Of a DNA stretch of 64,000 nucleotides, positions 1-13,264 are shown piece after piece; within the stretch, counting starts at the first letter, position 1, and every line of letters starts with the position of its first letter. The notes beneath the pieces were generated by a model, which saw only the letters and a program-made list of their open reading frames with translations, was not told the origin of the DNA and did no database searches. The stretch comes from the human T2T-CHM13v2.0 reference genome, Homo sapiens. Where the stretch lies: assembly GCF_009914755.1 (NCBI RefSeq), contig NC_060929.1, one strand, 5' to 3'. The translations under genes and the position numbers were made by a program.

Positions 1-96
1 ACGGATTAAGACATGGCATCTTTGGAAGGCAAAGAATGTGGGCAGCCTGGAGAAGCTGGAAAAGGTAAGGAATAGCATTCTTCCCTAAAACCTCCA
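1..96 (+). mobile_element. MLT1-type (ERVL-MaLR) LTR fragment
   Basis: 'caaagaatgtgggcagcctggagaagctggaaaaggtaaggaatagcattcttccctaaaacctcca' resembles the MLT1C/D core; cut by the window edge. Confidence 0.6.
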
Positions 97-771
97 TAAA
101 TGTAAACAGGAATAGAAAACTAACATGCTACTCAAGCTACCTGAGTTTATTTCTCACTGTGCTAAGTTTCACTCTCCTGACAGATACAGCCGTCCTTCCT
201 CTTATCCCTAGGTCGGGTCTGCTGATCTGAGTGACTAGCAGATGTCATATTCAATTAGCCTCCAAAGTGTCTCTTGCACAGCAATTTTTTGGCCTATCTC
301 TACGCCTTTGCTTGTGCTCTTTCCAGTTTTAGAAATGACTCAATCATTGGCTCTGCTTTTTAAATCTCGGGTATTACTTAAGGTTTTGATAATAACCTGT
401 GTCCTTCCTGAAGACTTTTCTACCTACTCCAACTCACTCCAAATGCTTACAACTGAGAATTCCAATTATTTAGAATCAAAGACTGGCACTTTTGCTCAAA
501 ATGTTTCATATTAGAAATATCTCCTCCAATCCAAACAGTGTCAAACTCCTCAAGAGCAGGGACAATCTGTTATATATCTTTTGTGTCCCATTCAGCCTCA
601 GCCAATGCTACACAGCCAGTGCCAAATCAGTGGTAAATTAGTACTTTGTTTATTGAGAAATAGTAAACATTTAAAATATAAATACCTCTGGGAGTTGATT
701 ACATCCTTTTAGCTATCAACATTTCACTGTAGTTTATGTAATAAATGGAAGTAAATTCTTTTGTATTAATT

Positions 772-1322
772 ACATTTTAGTTGAAAATAAAATTGTATTT
801 ATTTATAATGGACAACATGATGTTATGAAATATGTATACACTGGGGAATGGCTAAATTGTATTAATTAACATATGTGTTACCTCACATGCTTATCGTGTA
901 CATACATATCACTTCAAATCTACTCTCACCAATTTTAAAGAATACACTATGTTTTTAACTACAGCCACCAAGTTGTACAATAGATCCAAAAGATCTTTTG
1001 AACTTTTTCCTCCCATCTAACTAAAAATTTGTATCATTTATCCAACATTTCTCCCTATCCCGGAGCTGTGGTCCTTGGTAACCACCATTCTATTCTCTGC
1101 TTCTAAGAGTTAACATTTTTGGATTCCATGTATGAGTGAGATTATGCAGTATTTGTTCTTTGCCTGGCTTATTTCACTGAACACAGTGTCCTCCAGGTTC
1201 AACCACGTTGTCTTTCCTTATTTTTTTTTAAGGCTGAATAGTACTCTATTGTTTATGCACATCATATTTTCTTCATTCATCCATCCAGTGATAAACCCTT
1301 AGGTTGGTTCCATATCTTGGCT
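772..1322 (-). mobile_element. L1MA-type LINE-1 3' end
   Basis: Antisense L1 3'UTR/ORF2-end motifs 'ggtaaccaccattctattctctgcttct', 'gagtgagattatgcagtatttg', 'aaggctgaatagtactctattg'. Confidence 0.85.
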
Positions 1323-1727
1323 TAGAAGGGGGACTAGTGGGCTTTCTAGGAAGCCATAAGAAGGCTTGGAAGCACTGGTCATCAGGGGAGTAGGTGGAGG
1401 CACCAGTTGGGTGGATAAAGTTAGGGAGAGGGAAAGTAGAAAGGCCAGTTTTGTCGATTTCACATTTTACCTTGACTGTCCATGTGTTTAATATATCCTT
1501 GCATTCACAGAGTCTATGTTCTGAGAAATGAGGTGGTTGATATGATCGAAACTGGAATAAAATGTATATTTCATCAAGAAACAGATGGATCTTAAGAATC
1601 TGGTAAAAAAAAGTAGAATTCGGCATAGTAAGAATGTTTGCATGTAGAAAGAGAGTATTACATTGTGGCATTTCCCATTTCTTTTTACATGTGAAATTAC
1701 AGTGAACTTATAAAAATACCCCTCTGT

Positions 1728-2007
1728 CTTTTTTTTTTTTTTTTTGAGATAGGGTCTCACTCTGTCATCCAGGCTGGAGTACAGTTGTGTGATATCAGCT
1801 CACTGCAACCTCTGCTTTCTGGGTTCAAGTGATTCTCCCGCCTCAGCCTCCCAGGTAGCTGAAATTACAGGCACACACCACCACACCTGGCTAATTTTTG
1901 TATTTTTAGTAAAGATGGAGTTTTACCTTGTTGGCCAGGCTGGTCTTGAACTCCTGACCTCAGATGATTCACCTGCCTTGGCCTCCCAAAGTGCTGGGAG
2001 CCCAGCC
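1728..2007 (-). mobile_element. Alu (AluS/J) with small deletion near its 5' end
   Basis: Poly-T then antisense Alu; TSD 'cccctctgtct' at 1719-1729 and 2008-2018. Confidence 0.95.
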
Positions 2008-4299
2008 CCCCTCTGTCTCTTTATACACACATGCATACATATTATGTGTACATACTTAACCACATCATCTATCTGTCATTGCTTTCCATTAATTACATTG
2101 CTAAAATATGTGAATAATTTAAATTTTAAACTTTAATACTTATGAAAAGGATAACTGCATAAAAGTGAAATTAAAAATACAACCATAGGCTTATGTTTCC
2201 AGATAGGTTTTGAAAGATTACATGTGTTCAATCATAACATATTTCCTTTTCCAACAAATAGCTAAAATTTATTCTAACTCTAAATCATTAATATTATATA
2301 TACAAGATTGAGCTCTGAGAGTTTATTAGAAAAGAAAGTTTACATTTCATTCTCCCTTCAATGGTTTAATAAACAAAATTACTTTAACATGACTTTCAAT
2401 GAGCAAATATAGTATTTACATTTTTGATCTACAAAATTTCTTTAACAAATTGGAGTGTAACTAGTACTGCCAGTTTTTATATATTGGTGAATAAGGTTTG
2501 TGGTAGTTAATTATCATCTTTCTATAACTGAATAACTCAGAAAAATTATATATTACCAGCACAACCAAAATAAAATAAGGTTATTATTATATGTCCTCTA
2601 AGTGTTCTTAAATTAAACACTTTTTAAAAAGTATTTATTTTATTATGCTTTATGAGTCAATGCATTGTCCTATATTCCGAGTATAAAGAGATATTTAAAT
2701 AGGACTTGCTTTGATGAACTAACCACGAATTCTGAGTTTTAACATGTATGCTAAATTTTATAAATTTGGTGTGAAAATGAATGGGAATTCACGTGGGTTG
2801 TAACACAGAGATTCATAGTATCAGAAATTGAATGAATGCTCCACTCAGAGTGTTTTAATTTCCATTGCCTATACTCTCTCGTATTTCATCTGAATTCAAG
2901 AACTCATATGCCATTTACTTAATTGTGTGTATTTCTCTGCTTATAGTCTATATTTCAACTTGGGAATGAATTTCACGTTTCTTTGTGTCCCATGCACAAA
3001 GTGTGTTGAACATGAGGTTCTTAGTAAACAATTGATTGACTGCTTCAGGTTTAGGTCCAGTCCACACTGAGACCAGTCTGTGATAGACTATCTGGACATC
3101 CTTATTAAACCCAAGCATTTGGAAAAATGAAGTCCTTCCAGTTCTTTTTTTGACTATCTCCAGGAAAAGGATGGTTGTCTGGTTATCTGGAGTTAGCCAA
3201 GAAGTCTCTGATTTTCAGAAATCATCCAGTGTAATATGAACCTCATTACATCACAAATAACCCTGCTTTGAAATGAATTATTACCTATACAGATCCAATT
3301 TAATCTATACTTCACTTTTCTTCTTGTGGGTGATTACTATGTTATTCCTATTGTTGAGCACAATGCCTCCTACATATTGGAGACCTTCATAAATATTAGT
3401 TGAAGTAAGAAATAAATGATGTATTAACGTTAATGAATCATCAATCTGGAGTTAAACAATCCTACAGGATAACTGGCATTTTCCAGGACAGTCTTTGAGA
3501 AAAACCTTCAGTTACTTCAGAAAAGGGAACAAGGCCCCAGAGGTCTGTTACATTGGAAACTGCCTACCATGGGTAGCCACCCATATAAACTGATCCCAGG
3601 CAACATAGTCAAGATGTTTGTACTTGTGGTGCCAGAACCTACTCTTCGGCCAGATATTTCTTGACCCTCTTCTTCTATAATTCAAGAATGCTTAAGACTT
3701 TCTCTCTAAAGTGTATTGCCTTAAAAAGCTAGACTTCCTAGAAGTGTCTGTACTATAAAAGAGAACCTCCGATAGAATATGATGTGTTTCTAATGGAGGA
3801 TTTTAGACATAAATATGGGACATCGGAGGCTCTAGACTTCACAGAAGCTTTTTGGATTATACTTCTTGGTCTCCAAAGGCAAAAGCTTGTGGCATATACA
3901 TTTAAATGAGTTATTGTTACTGTGAGAGTGATTCTGCCACAGTAAATAGTTGTTGAGACAGTAGAGAGGTGAATGAAACCAAGTTACAGGGTGTGTGCTT
4001 TTGTTTCAGAGTAAAAGACTATATTGTCTAGTCCATGTGATGCTGTTACATTGGTTTATACATTTAAAGGAAAATTAAACTGTAAATATGATACTATCTG
4101 AGCCCTTTCCTGTGGCTTCTTTAAACTATAGGGGTTTGGTAGGTTTACATACAGAAGTCTGGAGAATGGGGGTGTGACATATTGCAAAGAATAACATGTC
4201 CGAAAGTTAAAGTTACAGCGACAGTAGTAGAAGCCCTTAAAATCAAGCTGCAGTGTTCTTTTCCTATGCTAGGGCCACGGATAGAAAGATGATGAAAGT

Positions 4300-4300
<1 letters not shown>

Positions 4301-4332
<32 letters not shown>
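4301..4332. repeat. (AC)16 microsatellite
   Basis: Direct reading. Confidence 0.98.
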
Positions 4333-4337
<5 letters not shown>

Positions 4338-6439
4338 TATATGTAAAGTCAGTAATTAATTCAGTAGTAAATCTGCTTAGGCCTTCCTCCTCTATTTTCA
4401 AAATTTCAGGGCTTTTGTCTACCAATTTTTAATTCCAAATTTCATTTGAAAATAAAAACCTTTAATCTTTCAACAATTTTTATCCACAAAGTAAAGTTTA
4501 GGAGAAAAAAAGCTAGCTGTGAGAATGACCTGAGACATGATCGTTCCTATCATTTTAGTTTGAAATTCAGCAAGTAGATCACAAAAACAAGTACGCTCCA
4601 GAGAAGGAAGAAAACATGCTGTCCTGTGGACTGTCCTAATACCCCTTCAATTCCTTGAAATGCCTTTCCAGTATGTATAATTAAGAGGGCATTCTCTGCC
4701 TCATAAAATTCTCCGAAACAGCTTTTTTTTTTTTTTCCCCCTGTGGCTATTTTGCTTTTGTTGCTTATTTCTACCTAATGATGAGTTTTGCACATTTTGA
4801 ATCTTTGTCCTAGCTATGCAACAGATCTAACTGCCCACCTTTCCAAGCTCATTCTGATGAAGTAGAACCAGAATTACAGTTCTCTGGTTTGAGAATAATC
4901 ACTGCAGCAATATATAACATTTCTGAGAACACAGTGACCTTTTCCCGTTAGTAAGATTCTTTGAAATCTTGGGGATGTTTCCATTGCTATATTGATACAT
5001 CTTATGTACTTTGCCAAAACCAGGCAGTGATATTTCCATTTCTGTTCTCTCTTTTTCAGCCACCCCCTGGGCTTGCTTTGCACCCCACACTATAAACACT
5101 GAACATGGTGTCTGAGTATGAGACAGGAATGGTCTCACCACCTGGGAGTCTAAACCTCCTCCATTCATTTTCAAAACAGGATCACAAAAAGTGTGCTACA
5201 CCTGCTTGTTCCACACAAGGACTAGATTCCCTAGTTCTTAGATAGTCTTACAGACCATTTCCCTACATATTCAGCTGTCAGCTATTGTTACTTTTTACAA
5301 TCCAGAAGAATATGCTAATTATACTGACACATAATGCAATATGCTTAAGAACATGCCACTCAAACGTGTGGCTCTCAGGAGAATTCTACCTTCAAGAAAC
5401 TTCATCTATAAGGACATATCCCCTTTGAGATAAAGGCAATTCTTTTGTAATAACAGAGGGGAAGGCTAAAATGTGATTTACAGCACATCACAACACTCGA
5501 TAGTGTGATTTAACTGTTGTATAAAAACATATAGATTTAGGTTGAATTTAAATAGATGGGTGAGAAAGAGAGAGAAAGAGAGAGATTAAAATAACAGATG
5601 ACTTCCAACTATAAAAAGTTCTCTAAGAAATGACAGAATAGTTAATGCATAGATTTCAAAGAAAACTACTGTTTCATACTATTGAGTATTAAACCTCTAA
5701 TTTCTATAAAAATCTCTAATTTTTCCACATATTAAGTCAGGGAACTAAAAATGTCTTCTGTGGATATTTTTATAATAATATTTTCTGTTATAAAAAAGGC
5801 ATTGCCAGACACTACCATCTGTCGTGTAGACTGACAGTGTACGAATCTGATGTCTTTCTGTGACTTCCTATCTTATATAATTGGAGGTTTCAGCCCAGAA
5901 TGATGCTTCGTTTCCACCTAAGGACAACCAAGTTTGAATTCTCCTGAAATATTTTAATCATTTCCCTGCTATGCGCTGATAAGACCAGTATTCTGCATAG
6001 TTAAAAGCTATAAATGTGTCTATTGAGAGGGTGTTAAAAATTCTCCTCTGAGCTTCTGGCCATCATCCAGAATTATTACCATAATACCTTCTGAAATGAG
6101 ACGGAAAACATAATGCATTATAATTGATAAATGTTTCATTTGTACTTACTTTATTTTGGAAATTGAAACACTCAAAATGTCTTAGCTGCATCAACATGGG
6201 GAAAGGTTTATTTTACTATTTTTTGATGAAAAAGCTGTCTTTGCCAATTGTTTATGTAAAGATTGGAATATGTGTCTACCATGCTTTAAAAAGAGTTCAA
6301 GGACATTAAAACTACTCTATTGACTCAGATGTGTGTGCAAGTGTGTGTATGTGTGTAAGGGTACATGTAACCATCCTAATTCCAGTCAAGGAGACAAGAT
6401 TACGGAATCACTTTTGTAGTTTTTCATTTAAAAAACCCC

Positions 6440-6920
6440 CCTTTTTTCCAATAAAACAGAAATTGTTACAGTTAAAACCTGTTAATTGGAGATAATGTCT
6501 GTGTAACTGAGCATTGTCCAAGGGTAATGACCTCCTGCTGTTAAGCCCTGAAAATGTTGACAGGAAGCCAACACATTTGTTTTCAAAGCAGGAGACATAG
6601 GTCCTTTGACACGATTCTATTAAAATGGCTTTATTTTTGTTGCACTACGTAATAGACAGAAATCTAATCATTCTAGTTCATATTATCAATGCGCTCCCAT
6701 TTTTCTACTTCCAAATATCTTTGTAGGTTATGTTTTCACTGCTACTAAATGCACCAATTAGCACCTTTGCTGCTGCTGAGTAGCTGATCTCATAATAATA
6801 CAGTCAGTGTAAGTTAATTTGGTAGGTTGTCAAAAAGCACTGAAATGAGTTAGTATTCATTAAGGTATGCCACTCAATACAATGTAATAATCAATGCTTT
6901 ATAATTCATTGTAGCTGAGG
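6440..6920. promoter_or_regulatory. Candidate conserved non-coding element / enhancer
   Basis: No recognisable repeat; clustered TAATTG/CAATTA (homeodomain), TGACAG (MEIS), TTCAAAG/CTTTGA (TCF/LEF) motifs. Conservation not tested. Confidence 0.35.
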
Positions 6921-7344
6921 AAAGAGGTTGGGTAATTTATAAAGAAATAGTGACAAGGGTTCCCCACTTCCCTGCCCCTAATTCTTACACACTCCATTTG
7001 GCTAATGTTTGAAATTTCATTTGTCTAATGGATAAAATTTCACTTAAAAATATTCTTCTGGGTTGATTGAGATTTTTATCAGTAAGAACAAAGGATCTAA
7101 GAACTGGTTTCCTTATGGGATTAGATGTACATGAAGGAGTGTTAACCTGAGGTAGGGAAAGAGGAGATCTTAAAGTATTAAAGCATCCGTAATGTGAGGA
7201 TTGGAGGAGCTTAGAACCAATTCTGAATACTCTTCAGAGACAACCTAGGTGGTGGCTGCTGAACCACTTGCATTATGATTGTGTGGAAAGAATAATTGCA
7301 ATGATTCTTTTTCTGGCTATAGAGGGAAACTTTTGTCATATTTT

Positions 7345-7630
7345 AAAAATACTTACATTAATGTCCTGGCCCTATCCTCAGTGATTTTTAATTCAGTTGT
7401 TTTAGGATAGGGCCCTGGTAGTCACAGCAATATTTTTTAAACTCAATAGGTGATTCTAATTCATAGCCAGAGTCTTCTGCTCTGTGGTTCTGAGAGTCAC
7501 CAGGAGGGCCTGTTGAAACACAGTGGGCTGCACCCCTTACCCCTCCAAAGAGCTTCTGATACAGTGAGTCTAAGGAACAGCCAGAGAATTTGCATTTCTA
7601 ACAAGTTCCCAGGTGGTGCTGATGCTGCAC
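7345..7630 (+). mobile_element. Two adjacent MER5-type (hAT-Charlie) fragments
   Basis: 'taggtgattctaattcatagccagagt' and 'agaatttgcatttctaacaagttcccaggtggtgctgatgctgc' match MER5 3' parts. Confidence 0.75.
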
Positions 7631-7884
7631 TAGAATGTATAGGAAGCCATTTAAATTATGTCAACTTAGTCATTTCTTTATTCCTGATGACTTTCAAAGG
7701 AAGAAAAGGGAAGACTCAAGACAGCAAGAGTCAAGTAGCGGCCAAGTTAAGACTGTGTTTTCCTATTTTAGACCACTGTGTTGTGGTAGTTCTAAAATAG
7801 CTTTTTGATTTCTTTCAAGTTTTCCATTTCTCTGGTTTACTTAAAATTTGTTATTTCTAAACACATAGTTTTTTTTAAATAATA

Positions 7885-8100
7885 ACTTTATAGCTAATAC
7901 TTATTGAAAATTCAGTTACCATCAGGATCCGACCTAAATGTTATGTATTACCTCATTTAATCTTCACCACTTAAACAGATGCTCTTATTATCATAATCAG
8001 TATTTACTTTCTTAAGGTCACACAGCTAATAGGTAGTAGATTTGGAATTGTAATACAAGCAAACTGACTCTACAGCCTAAAACCTTAATTTCTCTGTACT
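7885..8100 (-). mobile_element. MIR SINE
   Basis: 'atagctaatacttattga...cctcatttaatcttcac...aaggtcacacagctaat...ctgactc'. Confidence 0.7.
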
Positions 8101-9416
8101 GCTTCCGCATACCTAATGATTTATGAAACATGATCTTACAACTCTGTGGGGCTAAGCATATCACTGTTTATTATCAAATTATTCTTGATGACAGAGTAAT
8201 GATAAAATAACCCCCATTTATTGAGTGCCTACTTAGGGCCATGCACTATGTTAAGCACTACTATCAAATTCCCAAGTGTTTAAGGGATGAGACAATTAAG
8301 TGGTGAAATTAGGGTTTAAATTTATGCTTTCTGGTGGGTGTTGGAGTTCTGCCCCCGAAAAGGAACCATTTAGGTTCCTGATAACATTCCAGTTTCAGAT
8401 TCAAAATTCTGAAAAAATGTAGCTATGCTCCTAACAATATTGCTGTATAATTCTGGCAAATTTACTTTTGCCTGAGAATGTCTGATATGGTTTCTGTTAC
8501 AGTTAAAAAAAAAAGCTTTGATTAAAATGGTGGTCATTTTGGTGTATGAATATGAGGTCCCTGAGGCTTGGAGAGTTGAAGAGTTTAAATGACTTTAACT
8601 AAGATCACCCAAACTAAACAACGGAAGTAGGAATAGATAACTTTCAGGCTTATTTTCTTTCTGCTGCAACAATTTACTCCTCATGTCTGGTTTTGCACCT
8701 TTTCTTAGATCACCTGTTTGAGAAGATCACAGTACAGACCATAAGTCCTTAATTTTTTTTTCCATAGTGCATTTCTGAGTGGTGGCCCAATGAGTCTTAT
8801 GAGCAGACAGGAATGGCTGCTGCTAGTGTGTTTTCAAGAGTCATGCATAGCCCTCCAGGAATCATTGTCTAGACCTCACCAGCTTGTTGTTAAGAGACAA
8901 ATAAAATAGCAGATTCCAAGTGCCTGGCACATAGGAAACACAAGGTTCAGTAAATGGTGGCAATTACTGTATTGTCCTAATGGCAATAGGAGGAGGGAAG
9001 TGAGAGGGAAGAGCAAAGCTCTGTACTAACTCAGATGACTCCCTGGTTTCAAAGATATCATTTGAGTATAGAAAATATTTGGTTTGTATGTAAAGAAAAA
9101 TGAACTTTTCAAAAGTCAGTATCAGTCATTTTTACAGCTCGTGTTTATGAGGTTTATCAACTCATATCAACAGGTTCCAATCAATTTGACTTGCGCATGC
9201 TGCGTGCATACTGAGACGCAGGTGATGTGCAGATTTATTGTTGGAGAGCTGTTTCCAGTAACTTAGAGCCAAGAAACATTGTTAGAATCATGTAGAGGGG
9301 TGGAACTATGTATACAAAATGCTCAGGCACAGGAGACATTTATTTTTCTGTCTATTGTTCTGTCTGTCTATATCTATCCTCTTTCTCTCTCTCTGGCTAA
9401 ATTAACTTTCTAATTT

Positions 9417-10434
9417 TTTAAAGGAATTAAAAGCTTTAATTAAAAAATCTTGAGTGGATAATAAAGTGTAGAAATAGAACATTTACAAACAATTTAAAAC
9501 CTGGAATCACTGACTGTTCAGGAACTACACAGAAGGATCATGAATGGTGGTGAACAGCAGAAAGAAATTATGGATGAATCTACATTATTTTAGCTGCTCC
9601 CCATGCCACCTGTCTCAGAGGAAAGCCTGACATTTATTAGATATTGAACCAGACTAATGCTGGCAGCAGATCCAGCGATTGTAACCTGCCTATCAGTAGA
9701 TCCTTCCACTGGGTTCAAATTTTGATCTGCACCCCAGACTTCTGAGGGATCTCCTTGATTTTGGTGCCTTGATGTCTGAAATTATTCAGCCAATCAAATC
9801 AATTGGAATGGTGAGTTCATGAGAAGTAGTTGGAGCAGATGCATTCAAACCTGCACTGTATCCAGTGTTGCCATGAGTCATGGGAAAATAAGCCTGTTGC
9901 ATTGCCTACTGGTGCAGCTTGGTCAACTCTAGAGGTGATCCCTCCAGATAAGCACAGAAGCACATGGACAGGGTGGTGTGGGGAAAGTTCGCACTGTTGC
10001 TGCTTGTGATGTACTTGTCCTTACCACCTGCAAAGATGACCAGAGAACTCAATAATAGCTTGGGCTGGTAAGGAATAGTCATGCCCTTCCGGGGTTACTG
10101 GGAGAGTCTCCAGCATGTCTACGCATGTCTGTTTGACACACTCAATTGTGGATTACAGAATGTTAGCAATAGTGATGGCCCACTCAGTTGAGTTGGGAGC
10201 ATATCCTCTGTCAGCTGCACCTGAGCCTCTACACTGTCTCATATTTCCTTGATTTTGCAACCACCTTTTCCAATAAGAGGGCCACACTGACTAAGATGAC
10301 CAAGGGTCTACTGGCACCCGTGCTATTGGTTATAGAGCTGCTGATGTCCTCTTCCAGTTTGTCAATTATCATAGTAAGCCTTTGAAGATGGCATTAGTGA
10401 GTCCAGCCAAAGTGATAACTCTCTCAGGACAATT
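9417..10434 (-). pseudogene. PCBP2P: Processed pseudogene of PCBP2 (poly(rC)-binding protein 2 / hnRNP E2), 5'-truncated
   Basis: Reverse strand reads NCPERVITLAG..., SRPLVILSQCGPLIGKGGCKIKEI, VIFAGGKDKYITSSNSANFPHTTLSMC..LEGSPLELTKLHQ*AMQQAYFPMTHGNTGYSAGLNASAPTTSHELTIP, ...RLSSETGGMGSS* (stop 9590-9592), then ~170 nt of PCBP2-like 3'UTR. Intronless, in-frame TAG at 9906-9908, indels, TSD 'tttctaattt' at 9407-9416 and 10434-10443. Which numbered copy is unknown. Confidence 0.95.
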
Positions 10435-10614
10435 TTCTAATTTCTTTTTTGAAAAACATCCATTTGCAAATTTGGGGGCATTACCCTATATGACACTAGA
10501 TGGTATAAGTGAATTTAACATAAATTATCTATGTTATTAGATATTACTTAACTGTGACTGCATGCATCACAATGCTGTGTTTACCTGATAAACCACCACC
10601 GAGCCCAGTTAATT

Positions 10615-11142
<528 letters not shown>

Positions 11143-11176
11143 TGATATGTAACCTCTTTAAAAATATATACATGTA

Positions 11177-11473
11177 GGCTGGGCACGGTGGCTCACCCCT
11201 GAAATCCCAACACTTTGGGAGGCCGAGGTGGGCGGATCGCTTGAGGCCAGGAGTTCAAGACCAGCCTGGCCAGCATGGCGAAACCCCGTCTCTACTAAAA
11301 ATACAAAAATTAGCTGGGCCTGGTGGCACGTGCCTGTAATCCCAGCTACTCAGTAGGCTGAGGCAGGAGAATTGCTTGAACCTGGAGGCAGAGCTTGCAG
11401 TGAGCTGAGATCACGCCACTGCACTCCAACCCGGGCAACAGAGCAAGACTTTGTCTTAAAAAAAAAAAAAAAA
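11177..11473 (+). mobile_element. Full-length AluS
   Basis: 'ggctgggcacggtggctcac...' to poly-A tail. Confidence 0.97.
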
Positions 11474-11474
11474 T

Positions 11475-11487
11475 ACACACACACACA

Positions 11488-11526
<39 letters not shown>
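11475..11526. repeat. Interrupted (AC)n microsatellite at Alu tail
   Basis: Direct reading; one AG interruption. Confidence 0.97.
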
Positions 11527-11528
<2 letters not shown>

Positions 11529-11729
11529 AGATGTAGAGAAGCCTGCCCCAGAAAAGATTTTAAAAATAAAATTATGAAAATAGGACAAATGTTAAAAGTG
11601 AATTCAAAATTTAACTACTATTAGGATTTTAATGTTACCCACTCCAGTTATTTAGAAACAATTTAAAATGTATACTTAAACACATCCATATTATGTTGCA
11701 TCAATAAATACTTATTTTAAGTATTATAA

Positions 11730-12054
<325 letters not shown>

Positions 12055-12059
12055 TAACA

Positions 12060-12930
12060 GTAATTACAATTAATATTCTAAACACAGCCATAAATTTTAT
12101 CTAGTGGATCAGTGATAATATACTAAAACCTTCCCCCACTATTAGACATTGGGGTGCTTTAAATTGTTCATAGTGTAATGCTATACCTTATATTTAACTT
12201 TTTCAGTATTTTGGCTGATTTCATTAGGCTAGATTCCAGGGACTGGGAATGCCTTTGACAAGGTATTTGTCAAATTGCTTTCTAGAAGAGTTATACTCAT
12301 TTCTGTTGTCATCAAGAATGAATGGGATGGTAAGTTCACTGTACTTTCACCAGCATGTTAGATATTTATTTACTTATTTATTTTTGTAGTTCCATATGTC
12401 AAATGGTACTTGCTTTAATCTACGTTTTCTGGCTACAAGAAAGTTCTTACATTTTCAAATCTGTGTTTGATAATTCTGTTTCCTTTAAATGTCAATTATA
12501 TGTTTAAACTCTTGTCCATGTATCTGTCATATTATTAGTGACTTTTCTATCAGAAGTTTGAATGCTTCACATGCATCTTTCACATGCATAAAAATAAAAT
12601 CAAGTAATTAAACCAATACTACATTTGTTGGAAAATTTCTCAGTTTAACTTTTAAATTTTTTTATATTCACATTTTAAATGTTATGGTACCATTTACTGA
12701 TATTTTCCTTTGTGCATTCTTTACGTATTCAAAGCATTGAAAATTATTTCTTTGTTAGAGGTTTGATAAATATTCAATATAATTTTCTTTTTACTTTGAC
12801 TTAATTTTCAGTAAAATTTACTTTTTAACACATCTGGAATTTGTTTCAGGGTATGATGTGAAGTGAATACGTTTGAATTTTAAATAATTTACTATGCTGT
12901 GACCCAGCTGCCTGATTTCCCGTACAAGTT
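12060..12930 (-). mobile_element. Degenerate old L1M (L1ME-like) fragment
   Basis: Antisense L1 remnants 'ctattagacattgggg', 'caaattgctttctagaagagttatactc', 'tacatttgttggaaaatt', 'acatctggaattt'. Confidence 0.55.
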
Positions 12931-13264
12931 GCCAAGTGCCCACTGAAAGAAGAATGTTCTTATATTTTGTGTTCTTTGAGATAATATTGGTTACTTTATT
13001 AAGCATGCTAGAGGTTTTTTTTTCTTTTTTTTTTTTTTTTTACTGAGAAACCTATGCCTCACTTCGTTTGTTTTCAAAAAGTTGAATGATCAGAAGGGTA
13101 TAATTTAATAAAATATTATTTTGTATATTTTGTGTTTACCCTATTTATTACGAGAGTACACTTTAACAAACTACTGCAGGTACTTTCGGATTTTCAGAAG
13201 TATTTTAGCCTACAATTGTTAATATATGTATTTTTTAATGTTCTAGGTGAACTTAGATATAAAA

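Noticed and set aside
1789-2136. Alu-like ORFs here and at 10900, 11346, 11755, 29492, 29831, 43994-44309, 44656 and 60122-60473
   Set aside because: Translations are standard Alu reading-frame artefacts (e.g. [17 protein letters not shown])
10188-10385. 65-aa plus-strand ORF
   Set aside because: Antisense to the PCBP2 pseudogene; no independent coding evidence
9590-10434. Functional PCBP2 retrogene
   Set aside because: No start codon or most of KH1; in-frame stop, frameshifts and a KH2 deletion
9417-10434. Assigning a numbered PCBP2P symbol or chromosomal location
   Set aside because: Several PCBP2 pseudogenes exist and I cannot distinguish them without a genome alignment
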